DNA of 64,000 nt from contig MU054117.1 of the NCBI GenBank assembly GCA_013239625.1, positions 1,424,011-1,488,010 on the forward strand, in the 5' to 3' direction. This document shows positions 1 to 14,349 of the stretch, piece by piece; position 1 is the first letter of the stretch, and every line of letters starts with the position of its first letter. A program made the translations under genes and the position numbers. Under the pieces are notes generated by a model. The model made no database searches. It worked only from the letters and a program-made list of their open reading frames with translations, and was not told the DNA's origin. This DNA comes from Lama guanicoe. Lineage: Eukaryota.

Positions 1-3000
1 AAAATCCTCCTGTGATTCTGGTTGGGATTGTGCTGCAAATAAATGTGGGGGGAACGAGCCGCTTAAAGTCTGAACAGTTCAAATCATGAACTAGATCCAT
101 CCCTGTATCTGTTTAGATATTTTAAAATTTTCTCTCAGTAATGTTCTGTGGTTTTCAATGTAGACATCTTGCACAAATCTTGTTAAATTTACTCTGAAGT
201 ACTTGACGCATTTTGATGTCATCATAAACAGTATTTTCTAAAATTTCAGTTTCCGTTTGCTCATTGCGAATGTATAGAAATACAACGGATTTTTACGTAT
301 TGCCCTGCTTAGACAGTCGTATTGTCTGTGAATAAAGACAACCCTTCTACTTCCTTTTGAACTTTACTGTTTCTTGACGTCCTGCACAACGCGGATCTCC
401 GACACAATAACGAGCAAGGGATGGACGTGGATGTCTTTATGTCCTTTGCAACCTCTGGGGAAAGCGCCCATCATTTAGTGAAGTTTCATACACGCCCTTT
501 ATTGAGCTAAAGAAACTGCCTCCTGTTCTTGTACGTAAGTATGTTAAAAAACCTTCTGAACATCTGAGATAATTTAAGATTTTTTTCTGTACTGTTAATG
601 TAGTGAACTTAGCTAACTTATTTCAGAATAGTGAACAAACCTTGCTTTCCAGAAATCAGCCTAACTTGGTTGTGACTCACTAGCTTTCTTCTTTATATTA
701 GACTCAATTTGCTAAGAACTTGCTGGGGAATTTTATGGCAGTGTTCATAAGAGAGACGGATCTATAATTTTCTTTATGTAATGTGTTTTTCAGGTTTAAG
801 TGTGAGGGCAATTCTAGTCTCATAAAACGAATTACAAAGTATTTCCTTATTCCCTATTTTCAGAAAGAATTTCAATAAGACTTGCACTACTTCTTACTTA
901 GATGTTTAGTAGAAGTCACCAGTGAGCTAACCTGGGCCTGGAGCTTGCTTTATGGAAATATTTTTTATTACAAATTAAATTCCTTTGATAGGTACAGGCC
1001 TTGCTCAATGTTCTATTCCTTTTTGAGCCAGTTTTAATAAACCACATTTTTCAAGAAATTTGTCTATTATACCTAAGTTATCAAATTTACAGACACAAAG
1101 TTGTTCAAAATATCCTCTTCTCAAATTCCCCTAGACCTTCGCGTGAAATGCTCTCTTACCCTCTTTCATCATGAATGTCGGTGATTCGTACGTCTGTGTT
1201 TTCCCCTTGATTCCCCTAGGAAGGGGCTTCCCAATTTCATTAACTCTCTGAAGAACCGCTTTGTGGATTTTCTGTGTTGTCGGTTTGCTGTTTCCTTGGT
1301 TTCTGCTCTGACCCTTATTATTTCCTTCATTCTATTTACTTTCATTTACGTTGCTCTTCTTTTTTCTAGTTTCTTAGTGTGGAAACTCAGATCACTGAAT
1401 TTAAACTTTCTTATTTTGTAAAATAAGCATTTAAAGGCACAGACTTTACCGTAAGCATCACTTGAGCTGTGCAACACAGAATGTCACTCATTCAGTTCAA
1501 AGCGACTTCTCAGATTCCTTATGACTGCTCTGAGCCATGGTATTTAGAATTATGTAACTTAATTTCCAAACATTTGGGGGATTTTCCAGAAGTCATATTA
1601 TTAACTTCTAACTTAATTCCATTGTGGTCAGAAAACAATTCTGACATATTTCAGTCTTTGGAAATTTATTCAGATTTATTTTTATGGCTCAGCATATGGT
1701 CCTCACTGGTGAACATTCCATACATATTTGAAAAACATAAATATTCTTCAGTTATTGGGTGCACTACTCTATAAATATTGAACAGGTCAAGTTGACGCTC
1801 TTCAGAGCTTCTATATTTTTACTGCTTATTTCCTGTCCACTTATTCTATCAGTTTCTGAGAAACAGGGGTTGTAATCTCCAGCAGTGAATAATGAGTGTG
1901 GGTTTGTCAGCTGGCCCTTCCTGAGTTTTGAGGCTCCGTTACCAGGTGCATGCACGTGAAGGACTGTGATGTCTTCCTGATGAACCGTCCCCATCGTCAT
2001 TATGATGCGTCCTTCTTTATCCCCAGGGATGTTCTTCATAACAGGGATGTTATCTGAGATTAATAAAGCCAGGCCAGGTTTCTTATGATCACTGTTTACG
2101 AGGAACATCGCTGTCTACTCTTTGATTTCAGCCTGTTTGTGTTCATTGTACTCTATGTCCTGCAGACAGCACTGCCTTGTTCCAGTCCACCCCCAGTACT
2201 CTCCCATACTCTCTGTTCATTAACAGGAGTGTTTAGTCCGTGTGACTGGGACACAACACTGGTATTTACACCTGATTTACATCCATCATCCACTTGCCCC
2301 TTCTTGGCTTCACTCCTCTGCTGTTCCCTTGCTGTCCTTTCTCTTCTGGGTAAATGAAGTAATTTTTAGTGTGTTTTATTTCTTCTATTGGATTTTAAGC
2401 TTTTTGGTTTTTGGTTTTTGTTTTTGGAGGTTGCTCTACAGATAACATTACGCACCTTTAACTTACCAAAGTCTGCTCAGATTTAGAAATTGTAAGACTT
2501 CAACACGGATACTCTGTATTTCTCACCTCACGACGTCCACAGCCTTACGACCACGAGTTCTGCCCGCGTATCTTCGGTGCTCTGGCTGTCCTACCTTTCA
2601 CCCTTATGTGTACTGTAAACTCCACCTTGCACGGCTATTCTCTTTGCTTTAAACGGCCCGTTGTCTTTTACGGGAAATATGAGAGGAAAGAAGTCTTCTG
2701 TATGTATCTGCTTACTTACCACGTCTGGTGTCCCCACTCCTTCCTGTGGGTTCACGCTCCCATCTGCTTTCATTTCCTTTCAGCTGGAAGAACGCTCATT
2801 AGCATTTCTTACAGAATGTGTTTTCTAGAGATAAGTTCTTTTCATATTTATCTATCTGGAAATGTCTGTATTTAACTCTACCTTTTAAGACTGTTTTTAT
2901 TCGGCCGTAGAATTCTAGGCTGACAATTCCTCTTTCTGTACTTTGAAAGAAGTTTTAAATCATTCTGTTCCGCTCTCCAGTGTCTCTGACATGAACTCGG

Positions 3001-3900
3001 CTGTCCCAGTTTCCCTTTGCATGCTGTCTTTTTTTCTGCTTTTGCTTTTTTCTCTTTATACTTTGTTTCCAGCAATTAACTTACAACGTTTACAGGTGTG
3101 GATTTCTTTGTATTTGCCCTGCTTGGTTTCACAGGTTTCTAGGATCTGTAAATACGTGTGCGTTTTAAAAAGACTTCCATTTTTTAGAGCTCCTTTAGAT
3201 GAACAAAAACCTTGAGAGGGAGGCACAGAGATTTCCCATACCCCTCCTTAAATCAATATATTTTAAGTCAAATTAAAAAAATATTCCAGCCATTATCTTC
3301 ACAAATCTTTCTTTCTACTCCCTTCTCACTCTTCTACCCTCTGCAGTGCCAGCTACACGCACGCTGGCCCGTCTGATACTGTCCAACACGTCACGGAAAC
3401 CCTGTTCATTCTGTAAAAATTCCTTTTCTCCCCGTTTCTCAGACCGGATAATTTCAGTTGATCTATTTTAAAATTTATGGTTTCTTTCTTTTGACGGCTC
3501 TAATCTGTCATTAAGACCATCCAGTGAATTAGTTAATTTTCAGGTTTAGAATTTCCATTTTTCTAACGGTTTTCCTTTCTCAGATGAGACCTCCTGCTGC
3601 TGTTTCACTGACGTTACATTTTCTTTTAAGTCTTTAAAGCGTGCTGGTCACTCTCAAATCCAGTACCTAGGCCTTCTCTGAGCTGCCTTCTGCTGCACGC
3701 CTTTTTCACTCTGGGCCATGTGTTACTGCCTGTCTGAACGTCCGGCGGTATTTTTCAGTCGAATGCAGGCTGCTATAGATGACGCAGCATAAAGACGCTG
3801 GGCTCTGTCACTTTCTTCTGAAAGCAACGGTCTTTATTCCAGTAGATGATTCAGTTACTGCCTGGGCTCCTGGAACGTGTGTAGGCTTGGGTGTACGCTT
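1..3900 (-). mobile_element. Decayed old LINE-1 (L1M-type) with ORF1 C-terminus and ORF2 endonuclease remnants
   Basis: ORF 1764..2108 (GDKEGRIIMTMGTVHQEDITVLHVHAPG...AGDYNPCFSETDR) resembles the L1 endonuclease motifs DKEGHYIM...IYAPN...GDFN. ORF 2878..3075 (RNCQPRILRP) resembles the L1 ORF1 C-terminus. The + strand is T-rich. Boundaries approximate. Confidence 0.85.
3172..3246 (-). mobile_element. Short L1MC-like 3'-end fragment nested in the older L1
   Basis: ttttttagagc...gcacagagatttcccatacccc resembles the antisense L1MC/L1MB 3' terminus. Confidence 0.5.
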
Positions 3901-4544
3901 TGTCGGGCTGATGTGTTGAAAGCCCAGGGTATTTCCCAGACCTCTCTGTCTTGATGGGATTCATCCTCCAAATTCTATCAACTTTCCTGGAGCTTTCAGT
4001 TTTGTTAAACTGCATCTTCAGTTCACGTAGCGCAGGTCACGATCTCTACTCCTAAAACCTGGGCTTTCTGTTATCTCAGAAAGATGCCTGAAGTTTTAAT
4101 GTGAATTTTGCCACTTGGACTGGCTCGGAACTCCAGATTCCCCAGCACTGCTGTTCCACCTCTGAGTCACAATCCCACTTCCATCCCCACAGCAGCTCAT
4201 CTCGGGTATGCCGCGGGCAGTCTCAGGCAGTGAACGTGCAGCTTGGCCCGCAGCCAAGGACCTACGGACATCTGACCCCCAGCTTCTGCTCAGTATACTG
4301 TTTATGTATAAATTACTTCTCTGGTTTACTCAGAGCATATACAGCCACAGAATCAAGGGATGTCAGAAGGTCACCTAGTCAGATAACCGCGTGATTTTTT
4401 AGACCACAGGAATCTCAGGGATGTAGGAGACCCTTTCATTTCAGAATGAGAAAACCACCAATCTGAAAAGTTAAGTGCAAACTGGATTTCCAGTTGTGAG
4501 CATCCTACTTTGCAAATATTCAGCCTGACCAATTTCAGAGTGTT

Positions 4545-4690
4545 TTTATTACTTTATCTTATTTAATCCTTGCAACAACCTCATGAGCTGGGTCTAAATA
4601 TTATTACCCCAGTTTACAGGTAAGAAAACTGGCTCAAAATGTAAACACAGTCTTTGCTACAAAGAGCACCTTACAGTACTCTTTCACTCA
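4545..4690 (-). mobile_element. MIR SINE fragment
   Basis: atttaatccttgcaacaacctcatgag...tattattaccccagtttacaggtaagaaaactggctc matches the antisense MIR core. Confidence 0.7.
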
Positions 4691-7639
4691 GAATCCTCAG
4701 GCAGGAAGGGCTTATGATTAAATAAATGAATTATTATTTCTACATGCAGAGCTTGAAGGAAGCTTTACCCATTTACAGAACGAGCAAATTCCTTGTATGG
4801 TACTTTCTGAGGGACACTGAGAAGGAAGGTCCTGAAAGGAAAAAATTTTTTAGGAAATCTCAAAGCAAAACAAACAAACAAACCCCTCATACTGGTATAT
4901 TACATAAAAAAAAATTCTTAAAATGAGCACTGCAATTTAGGTTAAGGCAGTAGATTATCCACCTGCAACAGTTAACCCTTTAACTGTTTCATTTGTATTA
5001 AACAGAGGGACTGGGGTTGATCCCAGGCCTCCAGGAGAGGAAACAGTGAAAGGGTAGGAAAGAAGTGAGATAGCCATCCCCCTCCTTCACCCTCTGGGAG
5101 AAAGAGGAGGACCCATCTGCTTCCCTTCACCCTGCACGAGGGAGGACATTCCTGCACACAGACCGTACGCTGACGGGGCAAAGACTTCTAAACGCTGGAG
5201 AAGAGAGGGGCCTGGGGGACCTTTGTCCGGAAAGCTCCGTTCGTGACTTGGTACTTAGAGATTACTCCAGTCTTTCAAGACTTTTTATATGAAAAGATGA
5301 TTAGGAAGCGTGAGTTTTTAAAGAATGTGGTTTCCTCTGTTTGGAAGTTACACCTGACCCTAAACGGTTAAAAAGTGGGATGGATTTAGGCTTAAGGGAG
5401 AAGAAAGGCAAGGGATGTTTAGAGTTTTTTATAACAGATTCCAATTCAGGTTACAAGAAAACAGAACCATTTCAGAAAACCGCTTGTCCTACTCCTGCAT
5501 CATCTGGTGAGAAGCTGAGCATCACGGTCAAAAGCGCAGGAACAGGGAGAGGCAGGGCACTCCAGTAATCACCACACGTATCGAACCCACCTCCACCCCT
5601 GACCTACAGCATCTCAGAGCCCCAGCTGCACTCCCAGCTCTGGTGAAGAAGGATGTCGGAAGAGCTGCTATCACACGTTCTGTGAAGTAGGCAGCACGAG
5701 GGCTGGATGCCAGGGTAGAAGCCAGAGGGGGCAGAATTAAAGAGCTGAGCACGCCGAGGGAGCAAGCCCCCAGGCACGGGACAGCTGACTGTGGGCAGAG
5801 ACTCCGCTCTGTGCTTCAGTTAGGACCAGTCCCACCGGTGTTACTTGTTTATCGCCGCACTGTACAGCATACTTTGTTTTCTTTTGCAACTCAAGCGCAG
5901 GAAATTTCCATAACAATTTATTTGATTTCCTACACAATAATGTAAACCTTGGCATTTTAGGTCACTGTGAAAAATGCCTCCAGTTCCACGAGGAGCCCTT
6001 CATCATATGTCCAATGACTCAAATAAATGCATTTGGTAGAAGTTTAAACAAGCGTGACTTTGCAAAGAGAATACATGTTCCAATTCTTTTGTAACTTAAA
6101 ATACATTTCAATTTGTGGCCAGGATATGATGTGCATAACTGTTATCAACTTTGTGGTTAATCTGGAAGACTGCCAGAAACCCCCAAATGGGATTTTTTTA
6201 AATGTCAGCAACTCTGCAATAAATTTTAAAATGAAATCCTACAGAATATCAGGGGATAAAATAACTTAAAATACAGTCTCATTTTAATGATTCGAAGTAT
6301 AATCGATTGATCACCAAACTACACTAACCCAAAGTAGCCTGACCTCCCCCAGGAACCGTTTTCTACAGCTTTCTTAATTCTAAGCATAGTCTACTTTCCG
6401 CTCTGAAATTAAAAGGCAAAGGTTTTTTAAATGCCAAAATTCAGATTATACTACTGGACTCTTCATAGGCTCATATGAAAATTTATTTTCTGTTTGTGGG
6501 GAGTTAGGGCTTTCTTGAGCCAAAAGGCATCTCATGAGTGTATAACGTAGCTCACAGAGGCCTGGATTTCTCCAGCAACGTTACTAACAGTATGGATGAT
6601 AAAGTATTTATTACTCATCAAACAGCTGCAGATTCTCAAAGAAACAAAAGAGCTATGCCACCACCTCCCAAAACAAACCAGTCCTCAGAGTAGTCCATCT
6701 ACAGTCTGATAACAATTTTACTCAAAGTGGAAAATGAGTCTCGCAGGCTTTTTTCGTGACGCCAGCACAGGGTGAGCCCGCAGAAGGACCCTGAAGGCAG
6801 GGCGGTGGAGGATGAATTAGCTCACCGGGAAATCTTGATAGTAAAGCTCTTACCCTGAACTGATACTTCACGTTTCCTATGGCTGTTATTTTTATTATTT
6901 TCCCCCTTCCCCATTCATCCTTCCTTTATTAGGCAAAGAGGCTAACATAAAAGTGGAATAAAAAGTAACAGCTAACAAAACCACAGCATGAGGAGAAGCA
7001 GCGCCAACATGGGATCTGCCAATAAAAATGTTCCTTCTCCTCAGGGCTGGCCCGCCAGCGCGCCTGCTGAATCGCTGGCAGCCTACCAGCTGAGCCGTTC
7101 CACATCTCCCAAAGCTCACGGCCGCCATTCATCTGCAGCAGACACTCAGAATTTACAATCATAAACACTAGGGACAGACAAGAACCATCAGGACATTCCT
7201 CTGGGTTTGACCAGGTCAGGGTTAGTCCAGGAAACCAGACGACTCGGTGCTTTGCTGAAGAGCTGTCCCACACACGGGCCAGCCGCCTCTTCCTCGGGAA
7301 GACTCCTCTTCCTCCAGATTCAGGCACACGTGGCTTGCTTCAGGCCCTTCTGCACGCTGCGTTCCCTTCACGCTTCGCCCACATTTCAAGTTCCCGGGTC
7401 ATAGCGAATAAACCCTCTCACTTGTTCAATTACCAACAACTGAACAACGTGCACATTTAAAAACCGGTGGGTCCCGCCATGATTACAGAAGGGAGAACCT
7501 CGTCGTCACTGCCGACAGCCACAGGCAGGACGCTGCCTTCCTTCTTTTAAATTTTGCTCAAATAACTTTGTTTTCCTGCAAATCATCACCAGGAAATATG
7601 CGCAGCAAGCTAATAACACCCAGCATTAAGTGCTTCCGG

Positions 7640-7860
7640 TGCCGCGCACTGCTCTCAGTTACATGTATTAGTAACTTCTCATCCTGTTGTCATGAAAACG
7701 CAGAGAGGCAGGAGCAACTATTCCTGCCAGTTTACAAGCGAGGAGATTCGGCGTGGGACGCTCAGGAACCTGCGGAAGTCGCAGGGCTAGTGAGCGGCAG
7801 AGTCGGAACGCAGACTCAGGCCCCTTCGCTCCGGGAGGCGCGCTCCGTCCACGTGCCGTG
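7640..7860 (-). mobile_element. MIR SINE fragment (GC/CpG-enriched)
   Basis: Order of motifs follows MIR antisense (cagtttacaagcgaggagattcggcgtgg...gtcgcagggctagtgagcggcagagtcggaacgcagactcagg). Confidence 0.55.
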
Positions 7861-9600
7861 AACAGTCGCACGCACACAGCACGCGGGACTCCTTGGGGGC
7901 GTAAACACCTTACCAACTGGCAACAGAATGAAGTAAATTCTGATCAAAGTTACAGACTCTCAGACACTCCCAACCCAGGACAGATGATTAGCAGAAACTG
8001 TTCAGCATTTGGAAAGGAGTCCAGAATACAGCAGAAAAACGTGTATTCCCTTGGTCAGCTGTGCAGTGGAAAGGAATCAAAAGTGTACTGTATCCGACCC
8101 CACACCGTGTTACTCGTGGTGTTCTGTGTGTGTATAACTAAGCTTAGGGCCGGTTTCTGCTGAGGCGTTATCACAGCCGACAGCCTGTTCTCCCCCACGT
8201 CACACCCACGCTTCTTCTGTTCTCTTACCGCCACTGACAAAACCAGGCCCAGGACCTCTTCCACGAACGTGCTCCCAAGAAGCAAACTGACTTGTAAGCC
8301 TCATTCTCGTCACGCTGCTTACTCAGAACCGTGACTTCTCCCCCTCCTCCAGCGTCTCGACCAGTTTCTGGCTGCAGGACTCACCGCTTCCAAGAGCGCG
8401 TCACCTGCAACGCTGTTCTAAAAGGTCCCTAACCCTGGCACTGCGGCCTGACGACCTGTGAGCACAGGTGACACCCCAACACTTGTCTCTTCAACTCCAG
8501 GGCCACTGTCATGACATCACAATACTCAGGCCCCACGAGAACGCATGCCGAGGAACCAGAGCAAGAGCCTCAGCTGCGGCGTAACCTGGTGTCACCCCTC
8601 CCCAAAAGCTCCAGGCAGAGGAGAGGCGCTGCCAGCGGGGAGAGCTAGCCGGGCTCAGACGGGCCTGTTAGCCCAGGGCAGAGGCCGCGCATCTACCAGG
8701 GAAGGACAGCCGACAGACAGACAGCAAGATCACACGGCAGAAAACTAACAGAGAAAGACTGCAGAGGAGGGACCAGGGCTTCGCCCCGAGACAGAAGCAA
8801 GAAGCTGGCCTGACGAGGGGGAGGAGGAGCCCCCTTGAGCCAGAAGAAAAGACAACAAAACACATGCTGCCCTGAGATGACAAGGCAACCGGGGGCGCCC
8901 AGGGCAGACTTGGTGTCAGCAAAATCCGAGTAAGGATTACCTGGGGGTAGGGGTGGGGGGGGGAAATGGAGAACACGCCATGGGACCTAAAAAAGAGACA
9001 CCTCTAAAGGGAAGGACACCAGAGCTTCTCAAAGCCGCAGAGAAGCAGCAGCAGCAGACGCGTGGCGCACAGCGGGTGCACGCGCGCCTCACAACAGACC
9101 ACCTCAAGGGAGCCCCAGGATGCGGGGCGGGAGGAAACTGAGGGGAGGCGAGGTTTTGCTGGAAGTGGCAGTGCGTGAAGACCCCTGGCGAGCGCGCATG
9201 TCGGTGGTGGAATGTGGGGATGGGCACTGCGCTCTCGACGTCTGTGCACCTCCGGAAATGTTTATTGTAAGAGAGGGGTTTTAAAACCTGCCTAGCCACC
9301 CTGTGACCCCAGAAGCCACAGTCACCTTCCTCAGTGAGCGCAAACACTTGCCTGACTTTCCAGAAGGCTCTGGGGACTTCAGAGACACCAGCTGACACAG
9401 ATACATGCACTAAAGTCAGTGAAGAGGAGGCAGACCACTTCTGCCGGACCAGGGTTTGTCTCAGACCCGTTCTAAGGCGTGAGAAACACACGTGGGATGA
9501 AAGCGAGGCTAAGGGGCAATGAACGGGGCCGGAAGGTGAGAGCAGCGAGGACGCGTCCCTCCCCGACTCGCGGGCCTGAGGGTGGCGCCACCAAACTTAC

Positions 9601-9761
9601 TTCATCTCCAGGACCTCCTCTAAGTGCTTCCTCCTCTCGGCCCGGAGGTTGGTCAGATGAGTTTCCTTCTCCGCCAGGGACTGCTGAGTCGAGGACAGCT
9701 TCGCCTTCATGGACTCCAGCTCCTGCTTCACCTTCTCCATGGCCATCAGTAACTCCTCCAC
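9601..9761 (-). CDS. ERC1: ERC1 internal coding exon (161 nt, phase 0 to 2): VEELLMAMEKVKQELESMKAKLSSTQQSLAEKETHLTNLRAERRKHLEEVLEM + AA
   Basis: Acceptor ctttccccttttcccgtgtctgtcgcag-type tract ending cag|GTG and donor AA|gtaagt. The exon is 53 codons + 2 nt (ORF 9597..9914). Confidence 0.97.
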
Positions 9762-11274
9762 CTGCGACAGACACGGGAAAGGGGAAAGCTGAACATCCGG
9801 CCCGGGTACGGTCAGAGGGGCCGGGCAACGGGCAGCACCAGGGTCCCCGACACTGAAGACACACCCCCCCAAATATCCTGCACTGTCCCTGGTCAGACAG
9901 ACAGAGCAGGTCAAGAAACACAGCTCTCATCTTCCCTTCACTGTAATTCCTCAGTGCAGGTCAGAAAGAACCTCATTTTTTTTTTTTGATAAACTCAAGG
10001 TTTAAGAAGTAACACTCTGTCATAGTCCCTTTTAAGGAATTTATTTGGAAATGGTCTAGAAACCTACATGGAAATAACAATATACTGGAGATAAAAATAT
10101 AAGGTACAAAATCACAATAAATACCTCTAGAAGGGTTTTAGGAAATAAAAGCCATAAACTTGACTCATAACAGATGCAGGGTGAACATTAACGAGTCACT
10201 TTTATTTGCGCAAACTAAGATTCTTCTGCCTCACCAGGACGAAGAATTCCTTTTTAAAGAAAGAGCTAGGATTCAATCAGATAATTTCCTGCTCTAAAGC
10301 CAGGCAGGAAGGGCTTTTTCAAGGAAGGCAAGAAGAAAAAAAGAAAAATACAAGAGCAGATAGAGACGAGACAAGATGCTTTAAAAACACCCACAAACAC
10401 AGCAGAGAGAAAGGAGACAGACACTAAAACACCAGACACTAAGAGGGCAGGCCGTTTCCCTGTGCTCTGGGTGGTTCCAAAACCAGAATTTACACAAACA
10501 CACTCATCTTAAGTCAGAAGCAAAAAGTACGTGACAAAAGTATCTGTTATTACCTAAAAGCGACCTCGACCAGATAATCAGCCGGCCAAGCACACCCGTC
10601 AGAAGCCCTGATGTCAGGCCGCTGCTGGACAAGAGGTCACCTTGGTTACAGTCCTTTCCAGATGTAGAGGAGGGTGCAAGCGGACTGACTGGTAACAGCC
10701 GTTAAACACGGAGGGTAAACACGTACATTCAGCTCTTCGGTGCTTGAGTTATCGTACTTTGCGTATCTTCTCAGAAGTGATCGAGCTAACGTGCAGCTAG
10801 CAGCACCCGACAGCCCCAGTCGCTGGGAGAGTTCAGACTGTGAGCAGAGCTCCCTGGACGTGTGTTCACGTAGCTGCAAGCTTTACACGGACACAGATCA
10901 CTGCCTGCCCCTTTGAAAACTGTCAGCGAGGATGACGCCATATTATCAGTTTAATTCATATAAAATCTCATCTACAACTGGATTGAAGCGATGGCCCACG
11001 GTATGTTCTTTCAGCACAAAGTCAGTCATCAACGGCACACGTACAGCAGCGCTAATAAACAGAGCGTGCGATGTGTCCGTCTTCTACGAACTTAAACACA
11101 TCTCACAAGATCTCCCTCCCATCCCGCCTTCCACCGCTCCTGGCACACTGTCCCTTCAGGCTCCTACGTAACTTGAAAGGATATTTTATACACACAAAAG
11201 CGAGCAGGCATAAACAGACTAGTCCTCCTTCTTCTAGACAAAAGGAGGTCTCCTCTACACACGCTCTCATGCAT

Positions 11275-12420
11275 CTAAAATTTTTTGGTGAACATTTTAC
11301 TGAAATGCAACATAAATATGGAAAAATACACAAATAACAAATGTACAACCTGAAGAATCCTAAGTGAACAAGCTCACGTAAAGAGCACACAGACCAACAA
11401 TGGAACCTCACCAGCACCCCGAGCCCCCTCACACCCCTTTCCAGATGAAGAGTAACCGCTTCTCTCAAACTCTAGATGAGTTGCACCTATTGTTCTAACT
11501 TCATACAAACAGAATGACATAGTATGTAACTTTAAGCACAGATTTCTTCACCCGGTGCTGTGCCTGTGAGATCTGCCCACCCCGCTGGGCAGAGCTGCAG
11601 TCCTGCACTTCTCCTAATCGTGCGGTAGTCCACTGTGTGGAAACAGCAAAATCCACTGAAGGCACTTCCGATAAACAGTGTTAAGTTTTAATGGAGTTTA
11701 ATAAGTTTTTTTTTCCTTTATACATGTTCATGTTCAGAGCTTTCTGTATAATGAATAAGACAGTGTTGTCTATCTCAAGGTCACGATGGTCTTCTAAATC
11801 CTGCTGGACTACGTTTCACATTTAAGTATACAACATACATGCAACTGATTTTTCTTAACATGGTTTAATGGTCAGATCCCCCCTTATCGACATGGGACAT
11901 CCAGCAGACAGCACTGCAACAGCAGAAGGACGGGACAGTCATGGCAGGAAGGTACTCCGGGCCCACTTGGCAGAAGATCAGAAATTACTTAAGGACCACT
12001 TATAACTGACGGGAAAACTGACTTAACAATGCTTTATATTGCCCATCACCACCTCTAGATTTCATAAATGAGCAATGTGAAATGTCATATGCATTTTTGT
12101 AAGGTATTTGTATACATTCCAGAGCCAAGAGCAAAATACACATTTATACACACTCAGCACCAGGAGCTCTGCAAGGGCAGCTGCTACCTGTTCCCTCGGA
12201 CTCCCCTGGAATAGGAAGTCACTATTCTTAACTTGGGGTACTTATTTCGTGCCTTCTTTATTTATACCTCTGATGCATACGTTCCAACATAAATCATTAC
12301 TCAGTTTTATCAGTTTATGGACATTGTACAAATGGAATCTACCGACTTTCTTATTTCATTCCAAACTGTGTTTATTCACATATACAAAAAGAGGGCCCAC
12401 CATGTATGTATAACCCAGAA
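11275..12420 (-). mobile_element. Old L1 (L1ME-like) 3' region fragments
   Basis: Antisense L1M 3'-UTR-like text (ttttactgaaatgcaacata...tatgtaactttaagc...tgcctgtgagatctgcccac). Confidence 0.55.
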
Positions 12421-12599
12421 CCAAGAGCGAACCACACCCACACACTACCCCCTCCACAGTTAGAGGCCACAACCACCAACAGCACTGAACACCATGGCAC
12501 CAAGATCATGGCTTCCCACTGAGCTGAATGGCCTCCCTGGAGAAACCGTGCTCTGAGGGCAGAAATGCACCAAGATGAACTCTGCACATCTTATGCCAA

Positions 12600-13810
12600 A
12601 AAGTGAGAGAAACAGGGATCATGACACAGAAACCCTGACACAACCATAAAAAAAGCAGCATAAGGAAAAAAAGGGAGAAAACTATAGAGGAATACCCTTA
12701 TGAACATAGATGCAAGAAGTACCAAACCCAGCAAGATGTAAAAATTGAGATTTATACCAAGAATGCAAGGTCGGTTTACCACATAAAATAAATGTAATAA
12801 ATCATATTAAAATATAGGACAAAAACCACATGATCACTTCAAAAGATGTAGAAAAGCATTTGACAACTTTCAGAACCTTTCCATGATGAAAATGCAGCAG
12901 ACCAGCAATAGAGGGGGACCTCCTCAACTCAACACATGGCGTCTGCGACAAGCCCGCAGCCAGCACGGTCCTCTGTGAAGAGAGACTGAATGCTCCCCCT
13001 CTGAGGCCAGGACCAAGAACCAGACCAGATGTCTGTTATCAGAACTTCTGTTTAATATTGAACTAGAGATGATAGCCAGTAAAAATCAGGCAACAAAAAT
13101 TTAAAGCATCCATGTGGGAAAGGAAGAGATACAACTTTCTCTGGTTGAAGATGACACGATCTTACACAGGGGAAAATCCTGAGGAATCCACTTAAAAAAA
13201 TTAACAAGCCCACAAAGACTGCAGGATATAAGATCGATATACAAAAATCAACTGTGCGTCCACACAGGCCATGGGCAGTCCGAAAATGGAACTGAGGAAA
13301 CCATCCCAATTGACACGGCATCAACGAGAAGGAAATGCCCGGGCCTAAGTCTAACAGAAGAAAGGTGAGACACGCTGAGAGTCACGAAGGCTGCCGAAAG
13401 GAAGTAAAGAACATGTAAAGAAATGCAAAGAAGACATGCTCGTGGACCGAAAGACTTACCACTGCTACAATGGCCCTTCTCTCCAAACTGACCCAGAGGT
13501 TCAGGCAAGTCCCTATGAAAGCTCCGTGGGTTTTTTTTTTGTTTGTTTTTGTTTTTTTGCAGAAACTGACAAGCTAATCCTGAAACTCATATGGAAATGA
13601 AAGAGAGCCAAAAAAAGAAGAGCCATTGGAAAGAAGAAAAATCAAGTTGGAGGACTCACACTTCTTGACTTCAAAACTTACTGTGAGTTTCGGGACGGCA
13701 CTGGCGGCAGGATGGACAGAAGACCAGCGGGAAAGAACTCAGATCCAGAGGTGAACCCTGACTTTTACGGTCAGCTGGTTTTTGACAAGAGCGTCAAGGT
13801 AGTTTGGGTT
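12600..13810 (+). mobile_element. L1 ORF2 (reverse transcriptase to C-terminal) fragment, sense on +
   Basis: Recognisable L1 ORF2 DNA: cttatgaacatagatgcaag, ataccaagaatgcaagg, aaaaccacatgatc...gtagaaaagcatttgacaa, ggatataagatcgatatacaaaaatcaactg, aagttggaggactcacacttcttgacttcaaaacttact. Confidence 0.9.
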
Positions 13811-14349
13811 CGTTCTGCCTTTCTGACAGCAGTGCTCCATAGGGAAGGTGTGCACTCACTACATCACACAGAGACACACGGTGATTGTCTCACTTTTAGC
13901 GATAATGCCGATCAGTCAGTTCAGGCTTTCTCATGGTTACTTTCTCAGTTTCACCAGGTTCTTTGGTCACTTCAACAACGATCGGCGAGGTTAAACATTC
14001 CATTTGTTTACGCAGCATTGGTGCTGCTCCCGTGAAACTCTCAGTCAGACCTCTGCCCGCCTCCCCCAGCTTGTCCTCCTCCTCCTTCTTGGTCCGGAGG
14101 TGCCTCAAACACACGAGTGAACAAACATTCTAGACATCTTTCATCAGTTTCATGCACAGAAAACTTCCTCCAGCAGGTGGTTTATGTGTTACTTTCATCG
14201 TGGTGTCTTTTGATGATCAGAAATATGTTAATGTAACTGACTTTACTACACCTTTATGTCAGGATTTATAACTTTTACATCCTGTTTAAGAAGTCTCTTC
14301 CTGCACCCAAGTCATACGGTATCTCCTACTTCTATACGGCTGCCAGGGG

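Noticed and set aside
1764..2108. Endonuclease-like ORF as a host gene
   Set aside because: It is a decayed L1 ORF2 fragment with substituted motifs, inside a longer L1 remnant.
6850..7135. Possible extra exon between ctgcag|ATGAATGG and CAGG|gtaaga
   Set aside because: The pyrimidine tract is weak, it contains stop codons, and it does not resemble ERC1. It may be a non-coding element, but conservation cannot be judged here.
9479..9930. Antisense and alternative-frame ORFs over ERC1 exons (also 48641..49009 and 59731..60117)
   Set aside because: These are shadow ORFs expected from GC3-rich coding sequence, with no independent support.
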